Of a stretch of DNA of 64,000 nucleotides, positions 14,251 to 32,170 are shown piece after piece; the stretch's first letter is position 1, and each line of letters starts with the position of its first letter. The DNA is from the human T2T-CHM13v2.0 reference genome, Homo sapiens. The stretch lies in NCBI RefSeq assembly GCF_009914755.1, contig NC_060928.1. The stretch is one strand, 5' to 3'. The position numbers were made by a program, and so were the translations under genes. The notes under the pieces were generated by a model, which searched no databases, was not told where the DNA came from, and saw only the letters and a list, made by a program, of their open reading frames with translations.

Positions 14251-16694
14251 ATAAAGGTGGCATTATAATCAAAATAAATAACTCTAAAACATGGATTCCA
14301 AATGGAAATATATATGTAATTTATATCCCTACTTTATATTGTATAAAAAAATAAAATCCACATGGATTAAAATACTTAAATATAAAAAAACTCTGAAACT
14401 TTTACAGGAAAATATAGCCATATATCACTATGATCTGAGGGTAGGGAAAGATTTATTAAATGAGATACAAAAAGCCAAACCATAAAGAAAAAAGATTAAC
14501 AAATTCAATTACATAAAAATATAAAATCCCACATAACCCCCCCGCCCTTAAAAAATAAATAAAGTGAAAAGACAAGCAACTGACTGGGAGAAGATATATC
14601 AACAACTGTTTGTATTATATATTCAGGAATATATAAAGAATTTCTACAAATTAATAATATGAGAAACCTAAATTACACAAATAGAGAAAAAGGCTATTAA
14701 TAGGAAATTTGTAGAAGAAAAAACCCAAATTGTCAATAAACATATGAGAAGATGTTTAATCTCAATAGTAATCAAGGAAATGTGAATTAAAATCAGAGTA
14801 GGATCCTATTTCTTACATAAAAGAGTGACACAAGATTAAAAAGTCTAACAATATCAGCAGAGATGTTAAGAGATGGACATTCTCAAACATAGTTAAGGTA
14901 TTCTGGGAGACAGCTTGAGAAAGACAGCCCGACCAAGGTTCCACTTTGCTTTCCAGACAACCAGATACTGAGCTCTTGTTAATGGTGAGAATTTGACTGG
15001 TGAAGAGATTAGGGTATCTTTGGGCATGAGAGCTCTTAGCCCTCCTTTAAATCTTGCCACACCATCAACTGGCAACATGACCCCCAAGCAAGGCAGAGCT
15101 TCCTCTGCCTGCTTCTATGATGGAACTAGTTCTTCTCTCCCAGCCCTTCTGACCAGAGTCCCACTGTCCCAGTCAACTGAGTAAGCTGGAAAATAAGTCA
15201 GTCACCTGCCTTCTGCCTTGCAAAATCTAGACTAAAATTTTAATGGAATCCTTCTCAAGGCAATAATCTCAATGCTCATCCTTGGGTAACTAAGGGGACA
15301 GCCACCAGTAGCCCAATGGTACAGCACTAGACCCTCTGTTTCCACAAGATCCCAAAGGGGAGCAATTTGGAAGGGAGAAGAAAGGAAGGGAATCCACACT
15401 ATTTGGCATAATAATATAGTTGCCTGACTCTGTGGAAAGAATCACACCTTGCAAATTACAAAGCAGTTAGGGATGGGTTTTTTTTCTTTCTCCTTATGAG
15501 TTTAGACTGCACTCTCTCTCTGAGAATTCACGTGTACCCCTAAAAGGAATGTGTGTGTGTATGTGTGCCCACGTGTGCACAGATGCATGCCTGCATGTAA
15601 GTTCAGAGAATAAACAGGAGCAACTGCACTCATATTGCTGTGAGAGCTTAAAGAGGACACAAGGGGATTGCTTCCAAGATGGCCAAATAGGAACAGCTCC
15701 AATCTACAGCTCCCAGCAAGATCAATGCAGAAGAGGGGTGATTTCTGCATTTCTAAATGAGGTACCTCGTTCATCTCACTGGGACTGGTTGGACAGCAGG
15801 TGCAGCCCATGGAGGGCGAGTCAAAGCAGGATGGAGCGTCGCCTCACCCGGAAAGTGCAAGGGGTCAGGGGACTTTCCTTTCCCAGCCAAGGGAAACCAT
15901 GAGTGACTGTACCTGGAGGAGCAGTACACTTCTGCCCAATACTGCACTTTTCCCATGGTCTTCGCAACCGGCAGACCAGGAGATCCCCTCCCATGCCTGG
16001 CTCGGCACATCCCACACCGATGGAGCCTTGCTCACTGCTAGTGAAGCAGTCTGAGATCAACCAAGCGGGAGCTTGGTCGGGAGAGGGGCATCTGCCATTA
16101 CTGAGGCTTGAGTAGGCGGTTCTATGTTCACAGTGTAAACAAAGTGGCAGGGAAGCACAAACTGGGTGGAGCCCACTGCAACTCAGCAAGCTCTACTGCC
16201 TCTCTAGATTTCACCTCTGGGGACAGGGCATATCTGAACAAAAGGCCGCAGACAGCTTCTCCAGGCTTAAACGTCCCTACCTGACAGCTCTGAAGAGAGC
16301 AGTGGTTATCCTAGCATGGCATTCGAGCTCTAATAATGGAAAGACTGCTTCCTCAAGTGGGTCCCTGACCCCCATGTAGCCTGACTGGGAGACATCTCCC
16401 AGTAGGGGCCGACAGACACCTCATACAGGCAGGTGCCCCTCCAAGACAAAGCTTCCAGAGGAAGGAGCAGGCAGCAATCTTTGCAGTTCTGCAGGCTGTG
16501 CTACCCAGACAAACAGGGTCTGGAGTGGACCTTCAGAAAACTCCAACAAACCTGCAGCTGAGGAGCCTGTCTGTTAGAAGGAAAACTAACAAACAGAAAG
16601 GAATACAATCAACATCAACAAAAAGGACATGTACACCAAAACCCCATCTGTAGGTCACCAACATCAAAGATCAAAGGTAAATAAAACCACAAAG

Positions 16695-17731
16695 ATGAGG
16701 AGAAACCAGAGCAGAAAGGCTGAAAATTCCAAAAACCAGAATACCTCTTCTCCTCCAAAGGAACGTAACTCCTCACCAGCAAGGGAACAAAACTGGATGG
16801 AGAATGAGTTTGATGAATTGACAGAAGTAGGCTTCAGAAGGTTGATAATAACAAACTTCTCCAAGCTAAAGGAGCATGTTCTAACCCATTGCAAGGAAGC
16901 TAAAAACGTTGAAAAATGATTAGATGAATGACTAACTAGAATAACCAGTGTAGAGAAGAGCTTAAATTAGCTGATGGACCTGAAAACCACAGTACGAGAA
17001 ATTTGAGAAGTATACACAAGCTTCAATAGTCGATTCGATCAAGCACAAGAAAGGATATCAGTGATTGAAGATCAAATTAATGAAATAAAGTGAGAAGACA
17101 AGATTAGAGAATAAAGAGTGAAAAGAAATGAACAAAGCCTCCAAGAAATATGGGACTATGTGAAAAGACCAAATCTACATTTGATTGGTGTACCTGAAAG
17201 TGACAGGGAGAATGGAACCAAGTTAGAAATCACTCCTCAGGATATTAGCCAGGAGAACTTCCCCAACCTAGCAAGACAGGCCAACATTGAAATTCAGGAA
17301 ATACAGAGAATGCCGCTAAGATATTCCTTCAGAAGAACAACCCCAAGACACATAACTGTCAGATTCACCAAGGTTAAAATGAAGAAAAAAATGTTAAGGG
17401 CAGCCAGAGAGAAAGGTTGGGTTACACACAAAGGGAAGCCCATCAGACTAACAGTGGATCTCTCAGCAGAAACTCTACAAGCCAGAAGAGAGTGGGGGCC
17501 AATATTCAACATTCTTAAAAAAAAAAAAAAAAGGAACTTGCAACCCAGAATTTCATATCCAGCCAAACTAAGCTTCATAAGTGAAGGAGAAATAAAATCC
17601 TTTACAGACATGCAAATGCTGAGAGCTTTTTGTCACCACCAGGCCTGCCTTACAAGAGCTCCTGAAGGAAGCACTAAACATGGAAAGGAACAACTGGTAC
17701 CAGCCACTGCAAAAAACATGCCAAATTGTAA
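16695..17731 (+). pseudogene. L1 ORF1p remnant with multiple stops and frameshifts
   Basis: MRRNQSRKAENSK...; ORF pieces at 16629-16919 and 17118-17795; A16 run at 17517-17532. Confidence 0.9.
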
Positions 17732-17794
17732 AGACCATCAACGCTATGAAGAAACTACATCAATTAACGGGCAAAATAACCAACTAGCATCATA

Positions 17795-21615
<3,821 letters not shown>

Positions 21616-22062
21616 ACAGTGAGAACACATGGACACAGGGAGGGGAACATCACACACCCGGGCCTTTGGGGGATGGGGGGCTAGGGGAGGGATAACATTA
21701 GGAGAAATACCTAACGTAGGTGACGGGTTGATGGGTGCAGCAAACCACCATGGCATGTGTATACCTATGTAACAAAACTGCACGTTCTACACATGTAACC
21801 CAGAAATTAAAGTATAATAAAGAAAAAACAAAGAAATTGATTTAAAAACATGAAAAAAAAAAAAGAGGACACAAAAGAGAGACCCCTGTTCACCCTGGAC
21901 CACACTGTGAGTCTTGGAGTGCCAGAGTCCCCACCTCCATCTAGACAGTTTTATTGTACTTTAATCTACAATCGCATCTCCCAGAGTGGAGTGGCCACAA
22001 TTATTTTAGGCCCAGCCACTTAGCCTTGGGAAAACTGACTGCAAGAAGAAAGAGAAGAAGAA

Positions 22063-22785
22063 TGGTGGCTTAAGAAAACACTAACGTTGGCTGGGCACAG
22101 TGGCTCACGCCTGTAATCCTAGCACTTTGGGAGGCCAAAGCAGGCAGATTGCCTGAGCTCGGGAGTTTGAGACCAGCCTGGGCAACATGGTGAAACCCCA
22201 TCTTTACTGAAATACAAAAAATTAGCTGGGCATCCAGCGTGTGCCTGTAGTCCCAGCTACTCGGGAGGCTGAGGTAGGAGAATTGCTTGAATCCAGGAGG
22301 TGCAGATTGCAGTGAGCGGAGATCACTCACTCCGCTTTTTGAGACTCCGTCTCATAAAAAAGAAAAAAGAAAAAGAAAAGAAAAGAAACCACAAATGTTT
22401 CCTCTCACAGTTCTGGAGCCCAAAAGTCTGGAGTCAAGGCATCAGCAGAACAATTCTGCCTCCAGAGGCTTTCAGGAAGCACCCGGGCCCAGCCTCTTCA
22501 AGGCTTTGCAGCCATTCGCTCTCTTTGGCTTGAGGCTACATCACTCCAATCTCTGCCTCCATTTTCATATCAGCTTCTCCTCTCTGTGCAAAATCTCCTG
22601 TCTCTGTTTTAAGGACACATGTGACTGGATTCAGGGCCCACCTGGATAATCCAGCATAATCTCCCCATGTCAAGCTCCTTAGCCAAACCATATCTGCAAA
22701 AACATGTTTTCTTTACAAGGTAACATTTATAGGCTCCAGGGATTAAAATCTGACATCTTTGGTTAACTATTAATTGGCCTACTAC
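22063..22785 (-). mobile_element. MaLR MLT1-type LTR, split by an Alu
   Basis: 'ggtggcttaa...ctctcacagttctggag...aaggacacatgtgactggattcagggcccacctggataatccagcataatctcc...cctactaca'. Confidence 0.8.
22089..22387 (+). mobile_element. AluS (Sz-like) with altered right arm
   Basis: Dimeric Alu with (GAAAA)n tail; degenerate TSD aagaaaacactaacgtt / aagaaaccacaaatgtt. Confidence 0.9.
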
Positions 22786-24267
22786 AAGTACCCTACTGTG
22801 AAGAATTTCATTTCTTGATGTTTTCCTCGTAGACCCTCTTAAAGGTCATACTTACCACACAGATTTAAGTTTTCAACTCACACCCTTTAATTTCCTTTAA
22901 TTGTCCCACAACTTTCCAGCACAGTAAGTCAGATACACTCCTATCGCCCTGTGAGTGGTGTTAATAATGCAATGGAGAATAAAGGAAGACGGCAGAAATG
23001 GAAAGGATGCCTCGTCCTGATCAAACTCCCTGCTTATCCTACGGAGGGAAGCAGCCGTGTACCAGTGAGATGTGCCTAAGGGTTCCAGGCAGTGACCAGC
23101 AGCCACAAGGTGAGTGAGGGTCCACAGCAGAGCTGAAAGCAACAGAGAAAACACGAGATGCTAAAGATCATTTTCCAGGTTGATACCCCAGCAGTGGTTA
23201 CAAATAACAGCTTCCAATTTCCCACCCTAGGTCTGAGCAAATTGGCACTGGAAGGGGAGTACAGGTAAATTCTTATGTGGCATAAGTTTCCTAAATGGCT
23301 TCTAATAAAGACTTTTACTTTAAGGCTTAACCGCTTTAATAATAATATTGCTTCCATCCTTTTTTCCCCCTCCCAGTTCCCATCTCCCACATCTGTCTCT
23401 CTCTTTCTCTCTTTCTCCCTCTTTCTGTCTCTTCCTGTTTCTCTGTTTCTCTCTCACACACACACACACGCACGCACACACACCCCACAGCCCCTAGCCT
23501 CCTGCCAAAAACAGTTAAACAAGGCTATCCAAAATTATCCACTCCTGCCTCTCTTCTCACCACCACCCTTACAAGCATCACTCAGAACCAAAAGAAAAAA
23601 AAGTAGCTTGATCCCACACAATATGTAACCATGGAAAATGACTGATTGAGATATAGTGCATTATGTGTGCTGCCAATGGTGATACTGTAATAGTAAATTC
23701 ATCATCCTGACACGTTCCTAATGTCTGACACTGCTGTCCTATTATGTCCCATGCTACAGGGCTGCAACCCACATTGTGTAACTAAGGGAGACACATCACA
23801 AGGAACAGAGGAGCCTCACCCCTTACCCTCACCTAAATGCTCTATTTATCCACCACTTGCTGGTACAACTGGAACACTGCCGGGTGAGGAAGAGGAAGTG
23901 CACAAGGACAAGGTCAAAGAGGCACTAGCACCTGATTAAAATGGAAGCTAAATAGCTTTTCTCATCTCGGCTTTTCGAGGAGGCTCTCTGAGCAATGCCA
24001 TCAACATCAGCTGCGCCAGAGCTGATGAATAGGCCGATGGCAAAGGACTCTGTGAAGCAAAGGAGATTTTCCTGAATGATGCAGTTACTTGTAGACAAGA
24101 ATGACTCTCACCCCCTCAACACCAATGAGTTAATAGCCCACAGTAAGCCAGGGAGGTCAAGTGTCAAGGGAAACCCATACAGCCCACCCCTGTCCCTCCA
24201 TTACCCACCCCCAACACGGAAAAAAAAAAAAAAAAGAAACCACACACACATACACAGTAGTTTTTAA

Positions 24268-24488
24268 GTGTCCAATCTTTTGGCTCCCTGGGCCACAGTG
24301 GAAGAAGAAGAATTATTTTGGGCCACACGTAAAATACACTAACACTAATGACAGCTGATGAGCTAAAAAAAAAAAAAATCGCAAAAAAAATCATAACGTT
24401 TTAAGAAAGTTTATGAATTTGTGTTGGGCCACATTCAAAGCTGTCCTGGGCCACATGCAGCCCACAGGCGGTGGGTTGGACAAGCTTG
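24268..24488 (+). mobile_element. MER30 (hAT-Charlie MITE)
   Basis: 'gtgtccaatcttttggctccctgggccac...aaatacactaacactaatgacagctgatgagct...gggttggacaagcttg'. Confidence 0.9.
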
Positions 24489-24619
24489 TTTTAAATGATG
24501 ATCACAAAATACTTGTGTTTACTGAGCAAAACCCATTGTCTTCATTTGGGTTCTCTGTGACATTTGGTTCCCCTGCCACTCATTCTCTCAACAGACCCCA
24601 TGGCAACAATTCAAATGCA

Positions 24620-24910
24620 ATAAGATTCTAGAGGAGGCACAAGAAGCACTACCTCCAGTAGGTGAGTGGAAAGTGAGAGAAGGAAGAAAAGGCTACAAAT
24701 AAAGGCTGTGTCCTCAAGCAGTTACCACTGGGAGTGAATGGAGCTGAATCCTATGGGAAAGGGGAAATGGTATAAAACACCTACCTAGGGTGTCTGCCCA
24801 GAGAGGCAAGGGGGCTTGGGTATTTGTCCTCAGACTCCCATCACTCATTGGTTGAGGGCTCCTCCCTGGAGGGATTAATTTCTGAGCATTTCCAGTCTAG
24901 CACTTCCAGT
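24620..24910 (-). mobile_element. ERVL LTR33-like fragment
   Basis: 'caagcagttaccactg...tggagctgaatcc...gggtatttgtcc...tcattggttgagggct'. Confidence 0.7.
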
Positions 24911-27237
24911 TTGCTGTGGACAGGCCACTAATTCCAGCTTACTAGGTTCAATGCACATTGCCTCACAACAGTTCCCTAGGAACTACAGATTAAATCAGTG
25001 AAGTAGATGGCTGCTAACTCTAAATCCTAAAAACAAGTCATAGAAGATAAAAAGAAAAAAAAAAACAAAAATTCTGCCAACACACAAAACTGAAGTGCTC
25101 TGCTAAGGCTCATTTTCCAAAAGATGCTTCATTATTTTTGATAGTATTATAGTTCTAGGTAGCATGCTATGCACTTTGGATACTAGAAAGACTTGTACTC
25201 ATTGGCTTAATTTTGCACTAGAACAAGTGTAAGAGATTTTTCTCATGTTGCTCAAACAGCTCCATTTTCAGCTAGCCAATGTGAGGTTGACTGTAAAGGA
25301 AACTGTGAAAGAGACTAAGTTTGCTTTAGTGTTCTCTGTCTCCTCTCTCTGGCTCTTTCCCCTTCTCCTGGAGCTCCTTCCTCAACCATTAGGCACCCAG
25401 ACCCATTCCTGTCAAAAACAGCTATCAGGGAAAGTTCTGATATCAGTCATTTTTCCATAAATGCAAATGTATGCTCTCATTCATTCAACAAATATTTAAT
25501 AAGCAAATTATTTTAGGCTTGACAGTCTGCTGGATGTTGCAGACATGGAAGTATAACTTGAAGTCTGCACAGCATGATAGGTGCCAGAATGGAGACATGG
25601 ATTGGTATCAGAGTATTGGGGAGTTGCTGCTAAGAAGTGTATCTTCAATTAGTGATTGAAAGTTTTTGTCTCTTGTTAAATGCATTTCACACATCAGTAA
25701 ATAGGCAAAAAAGATAGGGGAATGGAAGGAAGCCCCACGCCCCTAATCCATAATCTTACATTGTAGCTACAGAGAAGTCAAGCATTTGGGCCATTTTCTA
25801 TCCCACCTACATATAGAGCTGGCCTGTGGCCATGGCCTGCAGAACAAATAGAAAACAAGCAGCAAACAGCAAAGCAAGCATCTGCTCCTGAAATTCCTGC
25901 TGTGCCTAAAGGATGTTTTTGAATTTGCTTGCATACGCCACAAAAAAATGAGATTTCCTATTTATATATGAATTAGACATTCAAATAATAATGCTCTCGT
26001 AGGTTATTATTTAATGTAGAGATTTCCTCTGTGTTTCTGCCTAACACCTGTTTGGTTTCCCTATCCCTGCATCACGTGTTGAAGAATCAGAGCCAAAGCT
26101 CTAAGAAAAGTATCTGTGCCCAGTATTTCTGCATCTGTAAAAGGAAGATAATAATATCTCACAGTGAAGTCAAGAGAATTAAATGAGACCATGTAAATGA
26201 CCTAGATCAACATCCGATACAAGGAAGGCAATCAGTAATGGGAGGAGTTTAGAAAAGCAGGTTTGGAGAGTTTATTTTTCCTAACAAGCTCCAGGCTTGT
26301 CTGAGAGATCACAATAAAATCTTATGCTGTGTTTTGTAGGTATAGTTATCCAGTGCTCACTGATTTCTTAGGAAGAAAATAAGCAGGCCCTTGAACACAC
26401 AGATGTGCTACAGGGGAGGATGTTCATCTAACTGCCTAACTGCAAGGAAAGCTCAGGTAGGCTGATTGTCAGTCAATAATCAGAGTCCAGGGACTGCCAT
26501 ATTGGGTTACACTCCAAACACAACTAAGAGGAGGATCCCAGGCCTTTGGCTTACACACACATGTGCACACACACACACACACACACATCCAACAAACACT
26601 TCTTAATTGGGTTTTTAAGTTTTATAAGAAATATTTATGTTTTTATGTTGTAAACAAACATGACTGCACCCCTTTTTGTTGGTGTAAATTGCAATGTTGG
26701 AATTATCTTCTATACCAGAAGAACATTTTATGTTTTACAAACCAAGAGGCAATGCCGTCAGTTCTTAAACAAGTGTTCTAATAGAAAGCCCAACAGTCTT
26801 TTTAAATTTTACATTTAACAATGTAAAAACCATTCATAGCTCAAGGCCTAGATTTACCCCAAGGGCTCATAATTTGCTAACCTTGTACTAAAAAGGTGAA
26901 GCTAAGAATTTCAACTGTTGTATTACTTTTCAAATTTCAATGCAAATGAGAATGCACTTCCTTTCTAATAGACATTCTCACCAAACAGACCAGGAGATAT
27001 ATTGTACTAGCAGTCACCCACAAAATATGGTCTGTAATTTCTAATATGGCTCTAGCCCCAAAACATATCCCATTTCCACCTGAAATGGCCCATCTACTGT
27101 TGCCTAGATCCTCCATTCCAAACTTCACCTTTTAGTACTAAATAATTCTTTTTTTTTTTAAGAAACCATCTAAAGGGACAATACCTTAAGTCACTAAAAT
27201 TCTAACAATAATTTTTATTTTCTCACATGGGAATCTT

Positions 27238-27532
27238 TTTTTTTCTTTTTTTTTTTTTTGAGACAGGATCTCGCACGGTCGCCCAGGTTGGAGTGCAGTG
27301 GTGCGATCTTGGCTCACTGCAACCTCCTCCTCCTGGGTTCAAGTGCCACAGCCTCCTGTTTAGCTGAGACTACAGACATGTGCCACCTAGCCCAGCTAAT
27401 TGTTGTATTTTTAGTAGAGACAGGGTTTCACCATGTCAGCCAGGCTGGGCTCGAACTCCTGACCTCAAGTGATCCACCTGAGTTGGCCTCCTAAAGTGCT
27501 GAGATTACAGGCATGAGCCACCGCGCCTGGCA
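27238..27532 (-). mobile_element. AluSx/Sz-like
   Basis: Reverse Alu; TSD tcacatgggaatctt 27223-27237 / tcatatgggaatctt 27533-27547. Confidence 0.92.
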
Positions 27533-27732
27533 TCATATGGGAATCTTGAACAATGTATGCAAAATAAAAGAACACCAAAAGAAGGGAGAGGGAACAAGTG
27601 TTGTTCCCAATGGAAATTTGGAATGTTTCCTAATTCCAGATCAATTTTTTTTTAAAAGGTTAGTGATGGGGCAGTGCTATTCTGATACATCTGCGTGTCT
27701 TACCTGCTTTCCCTAAGGGAAACACAATAAGC

Positions 27733-27958
27733 ATGTTAAGCATGCAGTCTCTGGAGACTGCATCTAGTTCTCACAAGCAGTATAAACTTGCGCAAGTCAC
27801 TGAACCTAAATGAGTCTCTGTTCAACTTTCTGAAAAATGGCAATAGTTCTAGGATTTATCTCAGAGTGTTGTTGTAACAATGAAATAAGATGCGTATATG
27901 AAGAACACTTGGAATAGGATTGGCCCATAGAGACGCAATGAGTGATAGCAATAATCGT
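27733..27958 (+). mobile_element. MIR SINE
   Basis: 'aacttgcgcaagtcactgaacct...ctgaaaaatggcaatag...gtgttgttgtaacaatgaaataagatg'. Confidence 0.75.
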
Positions 27959-27962
27959 TTTA

Positions 27963-28832
27963 ACAGTTGTTCTCAAATTTTAGTGCAAAATAATAAATAT
28001 AGAATTTGTTTAAAATTTCTACTTCCATCCCTACTGGAAATTTCTACTTCCATCTTTTCAGAAGGTCTGAAGTGGGGCCCAGGAATATGCATTTTAATAG
28101 GAATGTCGGATTATTTTGATGTCAATGATATAGGACCATACTTTTTAAAAAATAATGCCCTACAAAACAAATCAATAATGTTAAAAGTCAAAATAGTGAT
28201 CACCTGAGAGGATGTGGGAGACGGTAGTGATTAGGAGAAAGTTCAAGGAGACTGTAAGGTGCAGGTAATGGTCTATACCTTGGCCCAGGTGTCGGCTACA
28301 TGGATAGGTTAACCTTGTAATAATTTATCAAGTTGCACACACAATTTTCTGTATATGTTTTTTTCTTTAATAAAAAAATAAAAATATAAAACCACAACTA
28401 AAGTAACAACACAATCAAACCAGTGCCCTCTGTCTGTGGTTCTTATCTCTGACTGAATATTAAATTCATCTGGGGAATATATAACAAACATCCTTGCTCC
28501 AATGTTAATAAACATTAAGTCCACAACTCTCAGAAATTCCGATTTGATCAATCTGGTTTGGGGCCCAGCCATCAGTATATTTTTAAAACTCCTCACGTGA
28601 TTCTATCCTTTGCAGCCAGAGTTGAGAGCCAATGTGTTATATCAGCGTTCTCAAACCTTACCATACATCAGACTTATCTAAAGGACCTATTAAAATACCA
28701 ATGATTGGCCCCCCATTTCCGGAGTTTCTGAGTAAATGGGTCTAGGATAGAGCCTGAGAGTTTGCATTTCTAACACCTCAGGTAATGCTGATGCTACTGA
28801 TCCACAGAACACAGGCCACACTTTAAGAACCA
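27963..28832. mobile_element. Cluster of three MER5-type hAT MITEs (~27963-28150, ~28435-28632, ~28643-28832) with an L1M 3' scrap between
   Basis: Each shows 'gttctcaaa/ttcttatct' starts, a central 'ggtctg...ggggccca/agagcctgag...gcatttt' and 'cactttaagaac/gttgagagcc' ends. Confidence 0.7.
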
Positions 28833-29401
28833 TCGACTTTTACTTACTTCCCTAATAAGGTTAAACCTGTAACACCTAATCCTCTCTTCCTCATTCTCCC
28901 AATATTCCTTATCAATAAAGAGTTAATACTCCTCAAATGTTTAAAATCTATATCCCAGGAATAACTGCACTGTGTCTACAGTTATCACATGCAGGTAGTT
29001 CTGACATCATAACTTTTGGTTAAGCTAGCAAACATTCTTTCATTTGAATATTCATACATTCCATACACAGACATTAATGTGCCCCTAAAATGCACCACTG
29101 AGCTGTGTGCAGACCTGGCTTTCTAGTCCTCACACTAGAGCAAAACTCCTGAGTCTCATACATACAGGAACTATGTTGACTGCTGATTGCTGACTACACC
29201 ACGCCTTCTGGATTATTCTTGGGATAGCTATCTCTTTCTATAGGTGGACACAGCAAGAGGCACTGGAAGAATCTGGAGGTCCTTGGGAAATGAGTATCGT
29301 ACTCTCAAAAGAAGGATACACACACTTCTATACAAATGTAAAGGGTGTTCCTTAAATATTTTTAGGTGCTCACAACACATTTGTCCTGAAGGCTCCAGTT
29401 G

Positions 29402-29461
29402 GAACTTTACCTCTTACCAGAACTTTCCTCTTACCTCTCACCAGAACTTTACCTCTTACCA
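29402..29461. repeat. Short tandem triplication (18/24/18 bp units)
   Basis: gaactttacctcttacca / gaactttcctcttacctctcacca / gaactttacctcttacca. Confidence 0.9.
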
Positions 29462-30203
29462 GAGGCAGAGATTCCACTGTGAGAAATCTAGTGGCAATTT
29501 TAAAGACCACTCTCCATGTGTAGCCCCAGATAATACAATGCAGAACAATCATCAATCGTAATACAAGCATGACCCTTATATCATCACTCAAACTGATTTA
29601 CTCCTAAAAACTTTGCTCTGCACATTTTCATTCCCCCATGCCCTTTTTTTGTTTACATTACTTAAATTCTACTGGGAAGAAAGGCCTTGATATTGGATTG
29701 CAGAGCCCACGTAAAACATCTAGGCTATTGCATTTGTCAACTCTCAAGGCAGGTAGAGTAATTGAAGTCCATTTATAAAGCTTTTCATAACTCACTAGCA
29801 AGAATATAAACTGACAAGTTTAACAAAAAAGGAAGGGAAATTCTTAGGAAATTATATTCACTATGAATTCCCCCATGTTTCTAAAGACATTTCTATAAAA
29901 CAGAAAGCTTTGGCTCAGTGTCAGTTAATACTATAGCAATAAAACAAATCACCAATTTTCCTCAATTGTTACCGTCTTACTCTTAGTTTTAGAAAAACAA
30001 CTGCTTTACTTTATACCTTGCATCTCACTATCTCTTTCAACAGAATTAATGCTACGTGAAATCCTATGTGATCTGTACCCAATCTTATGAAATAACTGGT
30101 ATTCTAGGCAGAATTAAACCCAGCAATATGTAAAGAGTAAAACACTGTGTTTAAATGGGGTTTGCCCCAGAAACAAAAGGTTTAATAGAAAAGCAATCAA
30201 TGT

Positions 30204-30510
<307 letters not shown>

Positions 30511-31889
30511 TTACTATATTAACAAAAAAAAGGAGAAATACAGTATGATCCTCTCAACAAATACAGAAAAGGTATTTAATTAAAAATCTAAATTCATTCA
30601 TGTTAATTACTCTCAGCAAACTAGAAATAGAATGGAACTTCTTCAATTGATGTATGAAAAATCTTACTTAATGGTGAAAAACTGAATACTTTCCCCCTAA
30701 AATCAGAAATAACGATGGCTTCTCTCACTACTCTTACTCAACATTTTGCTAACAGTCCTAGCCAGTGCAGTAATGTAAGAAAAGGAAATAAAAGGCATGC
30801 CAATTGGAAAAGGTGAGGTAAATTTGCCTGTATTAGTAAACATGACATGCTCATGAACATAGGATATCCTAAGGAATCTAGAAAAAAGCCACTAGAAATA
30901 ACAAGTGATCTAGGAAGGTAGCAGGATACAAAAACAATACCTAAAATCAATTCTACTTCTATATTCTAGAAACAATTAGAAATTCAAATCTTAAAATACT
31001 ACCATTTATAATATCAAAAAATATTAAATAATTAGACAATTTTTTTAAAGTATGCAAGTCCTTACACTGAAAATAATAAAATATTGCTGAGACAAAATAA
31101 AGACCGAAAAAAATGAAGACATAACCTATATTCATGTCAGAAGACTCCATATTGATTAGACATCAGATCTCACCAAATTGGTCTATAGATTTTTCATAAT
31201 ATCAATCAAAATCCCAGCAGGCTTTATTGTAGAAACTGACAAGCTGATTCTAGAATTTATAAGGAAAAGTAAAAGACCTAAAACACCCAAAACTATTTTG
31301 AAAAATAAGAACAAAGTACTCATACTCTCTGATCTTAAGACTTAATATCCAAATGGGGAAAAGTGAACCTTGACCTTTACTTCACTAGTCACAAAAATTA
31401 ATTTGAAATGGGTTATAAACCTAAACATAAAAACAAAACTATAAAACTTCTAAAAAAAAAATACATTTATCTGACCAGGACTTGTAGGTACAATACATAA
31501 AGAACTCTTATAACTTTATAAAAAGAACACCAATAACACAATTAAAATGGGAAAAATATTTGAACAGAAATTTCACAGAAAGAATACATAGAATGCCAAA
31601 AAGCATATGTAAAGATGCTCCCCATCTTTAGTCATAAAGAAAATACAGTTAAAACCACAAAAGATACCACAACATCCCCACTCAAATGGCTAAAAATGTA
31701 AAAGACTGAGAATATCAAGTGTTAGCAAGGATATAGAGCAATTAGAACTCTCAGACATTGCTGGTAGAAATGTAAAACAATGCAGCTACTTGGATAAACT
31801 ATTTGACAGTTTCTTAGAAAGGTCAACATACATTTACCATGTGACTCAGGAATTCCTCTCCCAAGTATCCTTTAAAAGAAAACATATGT

Positions 31890-32170
31890 ACATTCTCACT
31901 TATTAAAAAATAGAATGAATAAGACCTACTCTTTGATAGCACAATAGGGTGACTATAGCCAATAATAACGTAATTGCATATTTTAAAATAACTTAAAGAA
32001 TGTAACTGGGTTGTTTGAAACTCAAAGGAAAAATGCTTGAGGGGATGGATACTCCATTCTCTGTGATATGCTTATTTCACACTGCAGGACTGTATCAAAA
32101 CATCTCACATACCCCATAAATATATACACCTACTATGTACCCACAAAAATTCCAAAAAATAATTTTTAAA
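31890..32170 (+). mobile_element. Short L1MA (MA1-3-like) 3'UTR fragment nested in the older L1
   Basis: 'tagaatgaataagacctactctttgatagcacaatagggtgactatag...aatgcttgaggggatggatac...tatgtacccacaaaaatt'. Confidence 0.8.

Larger units (their letters stand above)
13300..14890 (+). mobile_element. Old L1M fragments interrupted by an Alu and a CA/TA repeat
   Basis: L1M-like 'tacacaaagatgttcac', 'aatagacaaacagatcaatggaa', 'gcaactgactgggagaagata', 'catatgagaagatgtttaatctc'. Confidence 0.7.

Noticed and set aside
27742-27763. Perfect 10-bp palindrome atgcagtctc-tg-gagactgcat (and a small one at ~4250-4278)
   Set aside because: Short, lies within old MIR/L2 relics, and is compatible with chance or trivial local correction.
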